Shown: positions 44,701-54,939 of the stretch, in pieces | Layout of the letters: every line of letters begins with the position of its first letter | Position numbering within the stretch: position 1 is the first letter of the stretch | From: a virus | Taxonomy: Duplodnaviria > Caudoviricetes | DNA length: 64,000 nt | IMG/VR virus record: IMGVR_UViG_3300033463_000054 | Span: 1 to 64,000 of that record | Strand: one strand, 5' to 3' | Translations under genes and position numbers: made by a program | Notes under the pieces: model-generated | What the model was told of the DNA's origin: nothing | Seen by the model: only the letters and a program-made list of their open reading frames with translations | The model's database searches: none

Positions 44701-47700
44701 AATCGCCGAGTATTGTAGCCCATTCTTCTTTATGTGTTTCAAGCCATGTCGTGAGGTCATTAAGACAATTTTCTATGGTAGACCAATTATTAGACATATC
44801 AATAATTGCTTGAACGACTAAATAGAACGCCAAAGCGAGTAAAAATACCGATGCAGCAAATGCTAAACAACCAAGAGAAAGAGGTCCTAGTAATGCTCCT
44901 AGTATACCCAATATAACCGTAACTATACCAAGAACTATACCAAAAGTAACAAAGATTTGAACACCCTTTTCAATAGCATCCCAACCATCTTTAGATTCTT
45001 CTGCAGCCTTAACGAGCATGATTATAGCACCGGCAATAGCCACCAACGATAGAGCAACTATACCAAATGCTACAGATATCATAACTAGCGATGCCGCAAC
45101 TTGTATTAAATTAGCTCCGGGAACAAATGCACCAATTAATCCTATTGCTATGAATAATGCTGCAATTATAGCAATAACTTGGAAAGCGTTATCCCATGTT
45201 GGATCAAGTGCTGCAACAATACCAAGAGCACCAGCTATAGCCACAACACCCGCAGCCATTATAGCAAACGAAGCTGCTGCAGTAAGAAGATCGCTAGGAT
45301 TTAAGAAGTAATTAAGAATATAAATATACACGGCCGCCAAAGCCATTATAATACCTATAAACGCTTCTGCATTTAGCACGGCATTTTCGTTTTCACGTGC
45401 TGCATCAGCGATCATTTTGACCGCAAACGATATAGCAAGAACCGATACCGCCATAATTGCCAACGATCCGGCAGCAGCAAGCATCTTACCGGGTTCGCCA
45501 AGGGTCTTAGTAAGAAGCCATAGAGCGCCTATAAATAAAGCTAAGACACCAAATATGCCAATAACACCTAATATAAATTTTATTGAATTATCAGTTTCTC
45601 CCCATTTCCACTCGGACATGTATTCACCGGTGGACTTTACCATCTCGACAACTGCAAAGAGAATGATCGCCATAACTGCCATAAGACCAATCATGGCCCA
45701 TATCTTACCAGCAGTAACATCCTTTAGAGTATACCCTATCGCGGCAATCAATACTGCAAGCATAGCCATTATGATCGCAAGGCCAGCAAGACCCTGAGCA
45801 TATACGTCAATATCAAGGTTACCGAGTATAGTTAGAGGAAGAATAAGCAATGTAATAGCACCAACTACGAGCATTAACGCCTTACCAAAGTCAGCCATAT
45901 CCTTGCCGAAGCTAGTGATGCTATCCTTGGTTTTCTTACGTTTAGAGAATATACCCTTTCGCTTAACTTCAGTTGATTCGGTGAGAACCTTAGAACCACC
46001 GCTAAGCTTGGTCATACCTCCGTAGAAGAGCATTAAAACGCCTATAAACAACGCCAATACAGTCATAAGCTGAGCAAGACGAACTATACCCTGCTTATAA
46101 ATATTAGGATCAGATATGCTCGAAAGAATGCTCAGCGGTACAAGCAGAAGTAAAAGTGCACCGGTGACAGACAATAATCCAACACCAATAAAGAATACGC
46201 TCTTTGCTATTCCAGTAGCATCTCCGAACTTTCTAGCTCCTATTTTGACTATAGCACTTATTAGCGCAAATACCGCACAAAGTAAAGCAAGCCAACCAAG
46301 AACTTCAGTAAGTTTAGCTATGCCGCCCTCATAAATTTGAGGATCCATTTCGCCAAAATGTTCTATAACATCCGCTATAAGATCCAAACCAGCGGCAATT
46401 AATAATAATGCACCAGCGGCTGATAGAATTGTCGTGCTAAACATCGGACTTGCAGTTAACAATCTACTTAGTCCTATTACTATAGCAACATAGGCTAAAA
46501 CATAAGACATTATGCCAAAAAGTCCAAAGAAACCTTTGCCAATGTCAGTCCATGACATTGCGCCTATTTGTTTTATAGGTATTATAAGCAAATCAATAGC
46601 AGCAACCATGACAAGTAATGCCGCTCCTATAAATAACAAATCACTAGCCCATCGATCAATTCGAAGAGCATTTGCCATGCCTACACCGCCGAATAAGCTT
46701 CTACCAGAAACTATGTCTACGAGTGCACCAACAAATATAACCATCCAAGACATTAATAGAATAGTTGCGACTCCACCTTGTATAAGAAGCGGTAAAGGAG
46801 TATATGCCAATATTTCAATAGGTATAAGAAGTAGATTTATAGCAACTGTAATTTCTATAAGCGCAAGACCTATATGAAGAATACCTGCACTAGATGAAAT
46901 CATATGAGCTGAATTAGCGAGATTCGACATCATCTTAGTTGTAAGCTTAAATAATTTACCAATCCATTTTAAGAGGAAAGACAATGCTAGATAACCCTGA
47001 AGTAGTAACGGGAAAGGTATAGCCGAAAGAGCAACTAAAGAAACAACAAGTGCACCAATAGCCACAACTACAATACCAAGAGTTATGGCCATCGTCTTAA
47101 TATTTTGATAGAAAAGTTCAGGCCCTCTAAGCGACATCATCTTGCCTGTATTCTTAGGATTAGCCATTTTCGATATGCAAAGAAGCATTAACGAAATATA
47201 AACGCCTAAGAACATTAGTGCGGAAAGACCTTGAGTGAGTTCTTCTCTAGGAAGTTTACCAAGAGCCTTGATCGAGGGTCTAAGCATGTTTATAGCGATG
47301 ACCATTATGATCATCGACTTAAATAGCTGAGTCAGGGCCTGCATTTCACCCTTGTATTTAATTACACTCTGCTTTGAGAATGATGCTACAGCTATTCGCA
47401 GCATACCCACAAAGAACGACATAGCCGCCATTAGACCAGCAAGACCTAGGAGACCGATAATCATCTCTTCGGGATCCATCTTACTGATTTTCATCATTAC
47501 AGCTGCTAGAATTAGCATAGACATAGCTACACTAGTAAGCTGTTTCATCATACCAGCGAGACCAGATGCGCCGACCTTAGACGATGTAATACTGGAAATA
47601 ATAGCCATTGAACCAAGGAGAGCTACAAGAGTGCCGCCCATTATGAGCATTACAACTTTAAGCTTCTGAGGTTCGATCTGAGCAAGCAACAGTGCAGCAA

Positions 47701-50230
47701 TAGCTATTTCGAGAATAGCTGCGCCGATCTGCTTAAGTATAGTAGCCTTTATTGCTGTCTGGAATGTTTCAAGTGTCTCTTGGAATGTCTCGATGGCTTC
47801 ATTAATGGCATCCATGATCGTGAGGGTTTTGCCTTCCATAACAGCCATAACGATCGACTGTATGAGAACGAAAAGCATACCCAGAATACCAAGACCTGTA
47901 CCAGATCCATTAGATCCAAACGAGCTGTCTTTAAATGATGCAAAGAACTTATTAACCATTTCAGCGCCAAGAGCGAAGAAATTGATTATCTGAGTCATCG
48001 CATTGACAACTAGAGTACCAATGTTTTTGATCAATGTAGGAAGCTGAGCAAACAGTCTACCAAGAGCCTGACCAAAACCAGTCTGCATAAATTTATTGTA
48101 TGCATCGGTCAACTTTGTAAATATAAAGTTAGCGATACTCTGAAGAGTAGTAAGAACTGTGTTACCAGCCTTCTGAAGAGTGCTAGCAAATCCAGTAGTT
48201 TCAGTTTCAGCCTTACTGAAGAAGCCACTAATAAACTTAATAACACTGCCGAGTAAGAACTTACCGAGATTTGTGAGATACTCTATAACAGTATCGTCCA
48301 TTACAGACTGTTTAAACTTAGTAATAAGTGCAGCTATAATCTTGCAGACGATCTCAATAGTCCTAGCTATCTCTTTACTCTTCTCTTCAAGCACGGATCC
48401 ATTTTCATCAACTTTAATAAAGAGATCAAGGATAGTGTCGAATGAGGGAAGAATAGCCTTTATTATACGAAGAATACCCTTACCAAGAGAGCCAATTACA
48501 CGAGCAACCGCCCTAACGATTTTGAGCAAACCACGGAAAGCTTCACGTATTCTTTCAGCGAGGGAAGTAGCTCTCTTCATAGCTAGCTCGGCTTCGGTCA
48601 TCTTCTCTTCATCACGTTCAGTAATAATAGTGCTTACCGTTGCCTTAACTACTTCTAACGCTTTATTAAGTCTAAAAGTAGCATAAGCCAAATGCATACC
48701 CATTCGTTCGAATGTCTGCATATGAGGAAATGTTTCTTTAAATACATCTCCTAAAGCAGTTTCTATAGCTTCTTTTATGCTATAAAATATATCTCGAAGA
48801 TTAGTAAATACCGAACTTCCTTCAGTACCAAACAAAAGCACTTGACCATGAAACTTTTTCCAAGCTTCAGTGATCTCAAGTATATAATCTACAGGCTGAG
48901 CAAATATATCGTAAAACAGATCGCCAAATTTAGTCCAAATCTTTTTAGCTTCCTCATAATTACCAAATATAATTTGGAATATGTTCATCCATTTGGTTGA
49001 AACTGCATCTGCTGTAGCCGAGATAACATCTGCAAACGTTTTGTATTCCTGAGCTGCCAAGAATGCAGATCTACTCATATTATAGAAATAACCAGTGACA
49101 TTTTCGCCCTTTAGATTCTTAGTGACTTTGGTCATATCCAAAGCCTGTTCCATGCTAATACCTAAATCACTAGTTAATTTCTTAAGCTCTTCTGAATCTT
49201 TACCGTATTTAGCAATAATATCAGACATCTCTTTTGAGTATGTCTCATTTACCCAATCGAGATAATCTACAACACCCGAAGCAAGATTAAATGAAATTTC
49301 TTTATCATTTGCTTCGTAGTAAGCATCTTTTATACTATCAGCAATGGCTTCGGTACCTTTATCTTGTATCTCTTTTACATAATTGGAATACTGACCATAA
49401 ACCTTGGTCGCTTCCATCATTATTGTACTATCAAACCACTTATCTTTAAGTGTGCTTCTGAAGTTCTCAACAGTAACCCCATACTTATCAATAACATCTT
49501 CAGAAATCTTTCCTGATTTATAAAGTTCTTTAGCTGTAAGAATCACAGTTTCCTTAAAGCTAGCAGTTGCCATGTTAGCGTTCTCAATCGATTTCCAGTC
49601 CTGAGACTGCATCGCTCCAGCGCCCATCGCCTGTGAGAAATTATACATAGCTGCAGAAGCTTGCTGAAGATTAGCACCTGAGAGATATGCCCAGTTTGAG
49701 ATACCCATCATTGCCTGAGAAGCTTCTTCAAGTTCAATACCAGCAGAAGTAAACTTACCAATATTATTGGTCATGTCCGTGAAGTTAGCAGAAGTCTCGT
49801 CTGTATACCAGTTGAGCTTTTCCATCTGCTCTTCAACAAACTCTATAGATTTACCAGTAGCGTTCATGATTGTCTGAACACTACTTAGTTTTTCTTCGTA
49901 TTTTGAGAAACCAGCATCTATCTGATCGAAAGTCAGACTATTTATAGCCCTTTGTGCGGAAGCGATTGTGTTCGTGAAGAAAGCACCAATCTCGCCACCG
50001 ATTTTGAGCATAATGCCTCTAAAGAGTTCAGCCTTAGCGTTAATAACTGTCTCGGCATTACTCATACCCTTACTAACAGCATTAGAGATACTGTCGGGTT
50101 TCAAGTTATCTCCCAGTGTGGAGACTTGCTTATCTATGCTTTCGAGACTCTTTTGGCTCTTGGCAATATTCTTTTCAAAGGCCTCGTTATCAAAGACCAT
50201 TTGAACGACTCTCTTGTCAACTGTGCTCAC
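41768..50230 (-). CDS. tape measure protein
   Basis: 2820 aa; N-terminal tape-measure domain (LNWYTDETSANFTDMT...MQSQDWKSIENANMAT); long hydrophobic Ala/Ile/Leu/Gly repeats. Confidence 0.92.
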   Translation of the reverse strand: MSTVDKRVVQMVFDNEAFEKNIAKSQKSLESIDKQVSTLGDNLKPDSISNAVSKGMSNAETVINAKAELFRGIMLKIGGEIGAFFTNTIASAQRAINSLTFDQIDAGFSKYEEKLSSVQTIMNATGKSIEFVEEQMEKLNWYTDETSANFTDMTNNIGKFTSAGIELEEASQAMMGISNWAYLSGANLQQASAAMYNFSQAMGAGAMQSQDWKSIENANMATASFKETVILTAKELYKSGKISEDVIDKYGVTVENFRSTLKDKWFDSTIMMEATKVYGQYSNYVKEIQDKGTEAIADSIKDAYYEANDKEISFNLASGVVDYLDWVNETYSKEMSDIIAKYGKDSEELKKLTSDLGISMEQALDMTKVTKNLKGENVTGYFYNMSRSAFLAAQEYKTFADVISATADAVSTKWMNIFQIIFGNYEEAKKIWTKFGDLFYDIFAQPVDYILEITEAWKKFHGQVLLFGTEGSSVFTNLRDIFYSIKEAIETALGDVFKETFPHMQTFERMGMHLAYATFRLNKALEVVKATVSTIITERDEEKMTEAELAMKRATSLAERIREAFRGLLKIVRAVARVIGSLGKGILRIIKAILPSFDTILDLFIKVDENGSVLEEKSKEIARTIEIVCKIIAALITKFKQSVMDDTVIEYLTNLGKFLLGSVIKFISGFFSKAETETTGFASTLQKAGNTVLTTLQSIANFIFTKLTDAYNKFMQTGFGQALGRLFAQLPTLIKNIGTLVVNAMTQIINFFALGAEMVNKFFASFKDSSFGSNGSGTGLGILGMLFVLIQSIVMAVMEGKTLTIMDAINEAIETFQETLETFQTAIKATILKQIGAAILEIAIAALLLAQIEPQKLKVVMLIMGGTLVALLGSMAIISSITSSKVGASGLAGMMKQLTSVAMSMLILAAVMMKISKMDPEEMIIGLLGLAGLMAAMSFFVGMLRIAVASFSKQSVIKYKGEMQALTQLFKSMIIMVIAINMLRPSIKALGKLPREELTQGLSALMFLGVYISLMLLCISKMANPKNTGKMMSLRGPELFYQNIKTMAITLGIVVVAIGALVVSLVALSAIPFPLLLQGYLALSFLLKWIGKLFKLTTKMMSNLANSAHMISSSAGILHIGLALIEITVAINLLLIPIEILAYTPLPLLIQGGVATILLMSWMVIFVGALVDIVSGRSLFGGVGMANALRIDRWASDLLFIGAALLVMVAAIDLLIIPIKQIGAMSWTDIGKGFFGLFGIMSYVLAYVAIVIGLSRLLTASPMFSTTILSAAGALLLIAAGLDLIADVIEHFGEMDPQIYEGGIAKLTEVLGWLALLCAVFALISAIVKIGARKFGDATGIAKSVFFIGVGLLSVTGALLLLLVPLSILSSISDPNIYKQGIVRLAQLMTVLALFIGVLMLFYGGMTKLSGGSKVLTESTEVKRKGIFSKRKKTKDSITSFGKDMADFGKALMLVVGAITLLILPLTILGNLDIDVYAQGLAGLAIIMAMLAVLIAAIGYTLKDVTAGKIWAMIGLMAVMAIILFAVVEMVKSTGEYMSEWKWGETDNSIKFILGVIGIFGVLALFIGALWLLTKTLGEPGKMLAAAGSLAIMAVSVLAISFAVKMIADAARENENAVLNAEAFIGIIMALAAVYIYILNYFLNPSDLLTAAASFAIMAAGVVAIAGALGIVAALDPTWDNAFQVIAIIAALFIAIGLIGAFVPGANLIQVAASLVMISVAFGIVALSLVAIAGAIIMLVKAAEESKDGWDAIEKGVQIFVTFGIVLGIVTVILGILGALLGPLSLGCLAFAASVFLLALAFYLVVQAIIDMSNNWSTIENCLNDLTTWLETHKEEWATILGDFTTLVVDSMLLAVGDILKQTSDMAEAVIGILKMGWTNYFKDLGAQIYDARQENKRLQSLDEQAKENYRSYFDQSTADMQRINGIVDYTVATKDAFRKLIDSDNVWSYARQDELVELFNDSFDPAFWGEDKPTTDDIVEAYIRAGGTFIDSEGNQISLKSRQREAEATRSAAMKTSMEQQVEYERKNSEYLKSIKSNINDRYQASEIEQRFGVLDSYWENAEDVGLGGGVSGDGNIIGDDVTVNISPDTAARIEALKNKAKNDPTYKGATEAEAEASMVKWGGQTGVTAGANAGQGFVDSFWSVIANLFSGNAGNVAWAAGLKDVASKVSGTFGTTLNDLKTQFDSWLEKSGIQFNFGESVDQFANAIGLDTNSKLYQKIKTNLSWEKLSGKAQDTIQTWQQYMAQGKDPVTAFTEAVGWNWDTSSLLNEETLKEVTDFLGITDLFESEDGQKWLDFSEFLKLGEGENPIADAISEAAGNFNMEDLLNTDDLKLPELDLGEMTKMPEMDLASLYDKYGFGQNDFGDLGALDGTAYMDGLADSMTNNSNFANASQEVKDQIAGYTGQSKDDNMVLRGLDGTYIEAAKTLNLVAPIFQQTAKKVEKAAKDNGYNLAKDYNDPEIWWKRDVGSDFWYQVDKDLRMVSDAKGNMITMDTKTMEANIALWNALMAEDQAKEKEANLIQQQKDMYIKDVTAKIYDKDYLAQTARYTWGDDKNGKAYFGYDLGNGKVLITNSKGTPSKSKNGKNVLYDPETGKYIEAENKSVYKFVKDKDYLGKEYYGKQLSYYRVLITDKNGKPIMTDDGKFKFYNPTDMMYFEEGITAMQEQTQAQQTTADGVMMMADATQNAQNSQAKTSQVNGQQTSGTKTNYTGTKSQTGTAQNGQQTGTTSQSAAQTARSTIDYLMSIETNTASIYNKVNEMSTIQNSMLTYLGMINDNTYTSATTPVPATINAAQLKLISQFTNKDLGVASALKARGV

Positions 50231-50613
50231 GTGCTCATCTCCTTCTGGAACTTATTCATGATTTCTTCGTATATAGGGGACAAAGCAGGATTGATGTAAT
50301 CTCTCCCCTGTACACGAAAACCGGTCTTAGTAACAAAACCATATTGTATAACTATAGCAACAGGTACGCCATTTTGAATATTTGTATTATCCCAGAGAAG
50401 TAGAGTTTTTCCATTCTGGTGTTCTATTCGATAAGTCCAAGATCTGGAGGTCAAACCTGTCCGTTTAGGTGTATAATACTCAAGATTTCTAACACCTTGT
50501 TCGCCGTACTCAGCAAGAATCTTATCTATCTCTTTTTGAGACATACGTTTAAAGAATGAAAACGTATTAGAGAAACTGCCACTATTCTTAAATCCAATAG
50601 CACTTTTAGACAT
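50227..50613 (-). CDS. HK97 gp10-like neck/tail completion protein
   Basis: TPKRTGLTSRSW...IQYG...VQGRDYINPAL. Confidence 0.7.
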   Translation of the reverse strand: MSKSAIGFKNSGSFSNTFSFFKRMSQKEIDKILAEYGEQGVRNLEYYTPKRTGLTSRSWTYRIEHQNGKTLLLWDNTNIQNGVPVAIVIQYGFVTKTGFRVQGRDYINPALSPIYEEIMNKFQKEMST

Positions 50614-50633
50614 AGTCAGACCTCCCTTCTATT

Positions 50634-51293
50634 TTATACTGGAACGAAATAAGTTTTATAACTATATCCCTGAATAGTTAAATCGCCAGTCTGCTTATCA
50701 CGATAAGTATAGAAATCACGATTCCAGCCACTATAACCTTTCACAAACTCTTCACCGGTCTTAGTGGTTTTAATATTTTTAACATCTTTAATTCTAGTAT
50801 TACCATACTTATTAATGGCGTCATTTACAGCATTCTTATATCGATTAAGAGCATGTTCTGCCTGAGCTCTTTCAATATTTTTCATTTGCTGAGCAGCTCG
50901 GTTAACCTGTTCGGAACGTTTAGTTATCTTAGAATCTTCGCCAAAGACTTTCTTAACAACATTAAGATTACGCTCGGATTTCTTAGCAAACCTATCTGCT
51001 GCTTCGCTAAATTCTCTACGTTCTATAGCCGAATTACGATATTCATTAAGAACCTTCTTATCACTCTTATACTGTTTCTTAGTCTCACGATTCATTCGCT
51101 TACCAGTCTCTCCATATCGACCATAATGAATAACACCCTCAGGAGTAAGAGAACCATCTTCATTTTGATACTTACGAATTCCCCACTTCTGACCATCTAC
51201 ACCATGATGATAAAGTTCATTATCGTACTGTCCGGATCTATTTTGAAGTATCGTAGTCGCTGCACGATACATTTCGAGGCTATATTCTGACAT
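50634..51293 (-). CDS. HHGxxGQKWG-motif (DUF7211-like) protein
   Basis: ELYHHGVDGQKWGIRKYQNEDGSLTPEG; probable start MSEYSL; basic helical body. Confidence 0.7.
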   Translation of the reverse strand: MSEYSLEMYRAATTILQNRSGQYDNELYHHGVDGQKWGIRKYQNEDGSLTPEGVIHYGRYGETGKRMNRETKKQYKSDKKVLNEYRNSAIERREFSEAADRFAKKSERNLNVVKKVFGEDSKITKRSEQVNRAAQQMKNIERAQAEHALNRYKNAVNDAINKYGNTRIKDVKNIKTTKTGEEFVKGYSGWNRDFYTYRDKQTGDLTIQGYSYKTYFVPV

Positions 51294-51351
51294 TTTGTAT
51301 TCACTCCGATCTTTAAAAAGAAAATAAGCTGTTGAGAGGAAGATGCTATTA

Positions 51352-51903
51352 TCACATCTTCCCCTTAGCCGCTCTACGCATCTGATTGAGTTTAGCATAA
51401 TGATCTGCAGTTTCACCCTTAGACATCTTCTTAGGATTGTTCTTTATACCACAAACCTTGAGTAAAGTCATAAGTTTATTCAAATGCCAATATTGACATT
51501 CGAATGGTATTTCAAGAGAGATCATGTAATAGTATATAACCTCGGCGGTTAATACTTCTTTCTTTCCTTTGTTCTTATCCTTACCGTGAAACGTAGTAGC
51601 AGTATGAGAATCTTCCATATATTTAACAATAATCTCCAAAGCAGAGTCGTCTGTTATAATACGTTTCGTCTGCTCTGGAGATAGTATTTCATGATTGACT
51701 TCATTAAGCGCCATATACGGAATGTAAGATAGGACGTCATCTTGAGTAGTTTTCTCGGTAAGGAATGGTTTCTTGTATACTTCTTCCCATTTTGAAACAG
51801 TATACAAAGAATGTTCGAGTTCTATGTTTACCTCTTCCCCGTATTCGAACGATTGTGTTTCTTCATTGAATAATTCTATACGAGGAAGAGCGATTTTGAG
51901 CAT
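51352..51903 (-). CDS. tail assembly chaperone (second)
   Basis: LEHSLYTVSKWE..YKKPFL...IPFECQYWHLNKL; position before the tape measure. Confidence 0.65.
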   Translation of the reverse strand: MLKIALPRIELFNEETQSFEYGEEVNIELEHSLYTVSKWEEVYKKPFLTEKTTQDDVLSYIPYMALNEVNHEILSPEQTKRIITDDSALEIIVKYMEDSHTATTFHGKDKNKGKKEVLTAEVIYYYMISLEIPFECQYWHLNKLMTLLKVCGIKNNPKKMSKGETADHYAKLNQMRRAAKGKM

Positions 51904-52349
51904 TACTTATTGTCTGCCTGAGGAAGCATAGACTGGCCATTAGCCTGCTGCTTTGCCATCTCGACCTTTGCCTGCTCAGCCAGATCCTTAGGCATGATTC
52001 CGGTAAGGAATGCTGTCAGCTTATCGGGATCACTTATGAGCTCCATAAAGAGTTCGCTGTATGCGGCGGTGTTCTTGAAGTTCTCAGAGAGCTTCTCGCC
52101 GTTCTTAACCTTAACGAAAGAAATGCCATCAGCACCCTTCTCGCCGTAGCTCATGAGGATGAATTCTTCAACAACATCAACTATACCCTTTACATCCTGA
52201 GAAGTAGCTATCTGACGAAGTCTTCTGTCAAGACCGCCCTTTTCTCTGGTCTGCATGTTGATCAGTTCTGCCTTTGAGAGATTGAAATAAAACTTATCGG
52301 TAATCTCATTACCTTCGAGATCTGTGAATGTAATTTCCTTGGTAAGCAT
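51903..52349 (-). CDS. tail assembly chaperone
   Basis: ITFTDLEG...FYFNLSKAEL...SYGEK...AYSELFMEL. Confidence 0.65.
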   Translation of the reverse strand: MLTKEITFTDLEGNEITDKFYFNLSKAELINMQTREKGGLDRRLRQIATSQDVKGIVDVVEEFILMSYGEKGADGISFVKVKNGEKLSENFKNTAAYSELFMELISDPDKLTAFLTGIMPKDLAEQAKVEMAKQQANGQSMLPQADNK

Positions 52350-52373
52350 TGAATTTTTCTCCTTTCGAATTTG

Positions 52374-52404
52374 GAGACCCCATTTTGAATTTTATGAGGT
52401 CTCC
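52374..52404 (-). terminator. stem-loop between structural genes
   Basis: GGAGACC...GGTCTCC inverted repeat. Confidence 0.45.
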
Positions 52405-52440
52405 GAAAACCATTGTTAAGTGCTCGTAAAGAGCAATGTC

Positions 52441-53199
52441 TTACTCCTCGGGATCCTCAACTATGCTGATGGTTATTGTCTTATCAGCATAAGTGGGAGC
52501 ACCGAGAACAATGTACTTCTTGCCCTGCTTGTAACCAGCATCCTCTGCCTTAATGTAGAGAACAAACTGACCAGCAGAGAGACCAAGAGCAGTAGCTTCA
52601 TCAACATCTGCAGAAGTCATAGTGTATTCTGTGCCCATAGCTACCATAGTGGAGTCCTTGAAAGTAGCACCAACTATAGTATCGAGACCAGTGTCTACAC
52701 CAAAGCCGAGCCACTTGTGAGTGCCCCAACCCTCGCCATGGTCAGCGTCTTCAAGATCAGCAACTGTGCAAGAAAGAGTGATTGTGATGGTGTCGTTAGC
52801 AACATCGATGGACTTGATCTTCTCAACGTTTGCTCTATCCTCGTCGGTAGGAAGTGCCGATGTGGTAACAACCTCAGTAGCATCAACGTCATCAAGCTCG
52901 TTGGGCGCAATAACACCAGCAGTCTTGAGAGCAGCTATGAGAGTTGCAACGTTAGCGTCATCAGCAACAACTGCCTTAGAGCCATCAACAAACTCGCCAC
53001 GTACAACCCACTTGTCGCCGCCGAAGTCACCGTAGTTCTTGGTGAAGTGTGTATCAGCAGGCTCGTGGATCGCAGGCTGTCTATCAACTATACCCTTCTT
53101 AGGATCTTCATCCTCGTAAGGAGTATAATCTTCGTAAGTAGTTACAGGGGTGTTGAGACGATCAACTATCTCCTGCATCTTCTCACTGTAATCAGTCAT
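52441..53199 (-). CDS. putative head fibre/decoration protein
   Basis: TKNYGDFGGDKWVV...ATLIAALKTAGVI motif; acidic; beta-rich C-terminus. Confidence 0.5.
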   Translation of the reverse strand: MTDYSEKMQEIVDRLNTPVTTYEDYTPYEDEDPKKGIVDRQPAIHEPADTHFTKNYGDFGGDKWVVRGEFVDGSKAVVADDANVATLIAALKTAGVIAPNELDDVDATEVVTTSALPTDEDRANVEKIKSIDVANDTITITLSCTVADLEDADHGEGWGTHKWLGFGVDTGLDTIVGATFKDSTMVAMGTEYTMTSADVDEATALGLSAGQFVLYIKAEDAGYKQGKKYIVLGAPTYADKTITISIVEDPEE

Positions 53200-53280
53200 T
53201 GAACTTCATCTCCTTGTTTAAGAGTAACACGGGACGCTATTTGCTTCACGCCCCGTGCTGATTATGCTATTTTGAAGTTA

Positions 53281-54237
53281 TCAGGTTGTGCCCCAAACAG
53301 CATTATAAGTCTTATCGCCAACGGCCGTAGTAGGTACAGAAGTAACGAGATCGCCAGAGCCATTAGCTTCGATCCAACCAATAAGCTCGAGATCGTCCTT
53401 ATCAACAGCGGAAGCAGCAGGAAGATCCTTTGCTGTACCACTAGTATAGGAAGTATAGCTAGAAGCAGAAGAAGGATTTACCCACTCACCGCCAGTAAGG
53501 TTAAGAGTAAGCTTAAATGTACCAGTCGCAGCGCTGAGGATCTGATATACATATGTAGGCTTAGGAAGGAAAGGATCGGTAGAATCAGTACCATAAACCA
53601 TTTCCTCAATAGTCTTAAGAGCACCACCGTTTGTATCATTCTCGAAATCTCTGGAATCAAGAACGATATGAGAAGTAGGCTTAGGAGTTATCTGCTGGCC
53701 TTCATAAGTGATTTCACCTATTGCTGTAGGAGTGGTCTCGAAATCCCAGCTCAGGGTCTCCGCATCAGGAGAATCGTTGATTGTCTCATGATCTCTGCTG
53801 GAAGGAGAGCAAGTAGCCTTATAAACGAGATGAAGCTTATAACCTCTTTCGAAGCCTTCAACATCATCGCCTATAGTGGACTTGTAAGCAAGACCAAAAG
53901 CACGTCTAGCCTGCTGAGTTATAAGCATCTTACCGAGCTTCTTCTCACCATTGCACTCACCAAACTCGGGAGGATACTGGTATGCTTCAATAGAGCCACC
54001 GAACTTCTCAGCTGCTCTGAAGGAACCATACTTAATATCGTCTGCCCAAAGTTCGGTCTCATCCGCGCCCTCGGGAGATTCGCCAACCTTGGTTACACCA
54101 TTGAAATTAACGCCAACCTGATAGTCAGAGTTAGCAACGGGTGTGTCAGACTTAGTTGTTGCAAGGAAAAGGGCAACATCCTTAATACCGGCTTCGAAAT
54201 ATCTTTCGCCGTCCTGATCCCATGTCATCTTTGCCAT
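53281..54237 (-). CDS. major tail protein with C-terminal accessory domain
   Basis: WDQDGERYFEAG...ESPEGAD..ELWADDIKYG...IEAYQYPPEF...GYKLHLVY; C-terminal LNLTGG...LIGW...TYNAVW resembles an InlB B-repeat/Flg_new domain. Confidence 0.85.
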   Translation of the reverse strand: MAKMTWDQDGERYFEAGIKDVALFLATTKSDTPVANSDYQVGVNFNGVTKVGESPEGADETELWADDIKYGSFRAAEKFGGSIEAYQYPPEFGECNGEKKLGKMLITQQARRAFGLAYKSTIGDDVEGFERGYKLHLVYKATCSPSSRDHETINDSPDAETLSWDFETTPTAIGEITYEGQQITPKPTSHIVLDSRDFENDTNGGALKTIEEMVYGTDSTDPFLPKPTYVYQILSAATGTFKLTLNLTGGEWVNPSSASSYTSYTSGTAKDLPAASAVDKDDLELIGWIEANGSGDLVTSVPTTAVGDKTYNAVWGTT

Positions 54238-54278
54238 GTGGATTTCCTCCTTGATTTAAGAATTTTCACCATTTTGAT

Positions 54279-54602
54279 TTAATAGTAAACGGTATAAACT
54301 ATGTTATTCATGTTATCCGCCGTAAACCGTCTATCGAAGCTAGCGAAACGAAGTTCATCAAGACGTTCAGGAATCTCAGTATCGGGATCCTTGTCTATGA
54401 TGGTGACTTGGTATCTGCGAATCTTGCTGTATTTGCGATCGTCAGCTGGTTTCACATCATTCGCTTCGTGCTCGTATATGATACACGGAAACTTAAGCTT
54501 GAGGTTCTCAGGAGGCTGAAAGTATACGTTTCGGCTACCGAGAATTGTACAGAGGATCTCATGAAGTTCAAGTCTCCTCGTCGTCATCGGGCTCGTTGAC
54601 AT
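54279..54602 (-). CDS. tail terminator/completion protein
   Basis: RLELHEIL...NVYFQPPE.LKLKFPCIIY...YQVTIIDKDPD. Confidence 0.75.
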   Translation of the reverse strand: MSTSPMTTRRLELHEILCTILGSRNVYFQPPENLKLKFPCIIYEHEANDVKPADDRKYSKIRRYQVTIIDKDPDTEIPERLDELRFASFDRRFTADNMNNIVYTVYY

Positions 54603-54903
54603 TATACAGACCTCCTACCTCAAGTTCAATTCGTGGCGGTTCGATTGTGATGTTTGTTACTTTGAGCTTCTGTTTCATCCACTCAACGTAGCGTATGGAA
54701 GTGAAATTTTCGAAAGCAAACGGATCGGCGACTATACTGATCTGGTTCGATATATTCACATCATCATTTACTTTTTGTCCATCGAGCCTTCTCCTCACGC
54801 TGGAGACATCACCCGCATAGAACCTTTCAATGATCTGTTCTTCCCATACGCCGGGTCGTGTTTCGACAGTCGTAGCATAGCCCACCGCTCCGTAAAACTT
54901 CAT
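54568..54903 (-). CDS. head closure/head-tail adaptor
   Basis: KFYGAVGY...PGVWEE...NQISIVADPFA...IRYVEW. Confidence 0.7.
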   Translation of the reverse strand: MKFYGAVGYATTVETRPGVWEEQIIERFYAGDVSSVRRRLDGQKVNDDVNISNQISIVADPFAFENFTSIRYVEWMKQKLKVTNITIEPPRIELEVGGLYNVNEPDDDEET

Positions 54904-54939
54904 TAATTACACCCCATTTTGAATTTTCAGCCGATTAAA

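Noticed and set aside
51352-52349. Programmed frameshift between the tail chaperones
   Set aside because: The genes are joined by a TAATG stop/start overlap and no clear slippery heptamer was seen.
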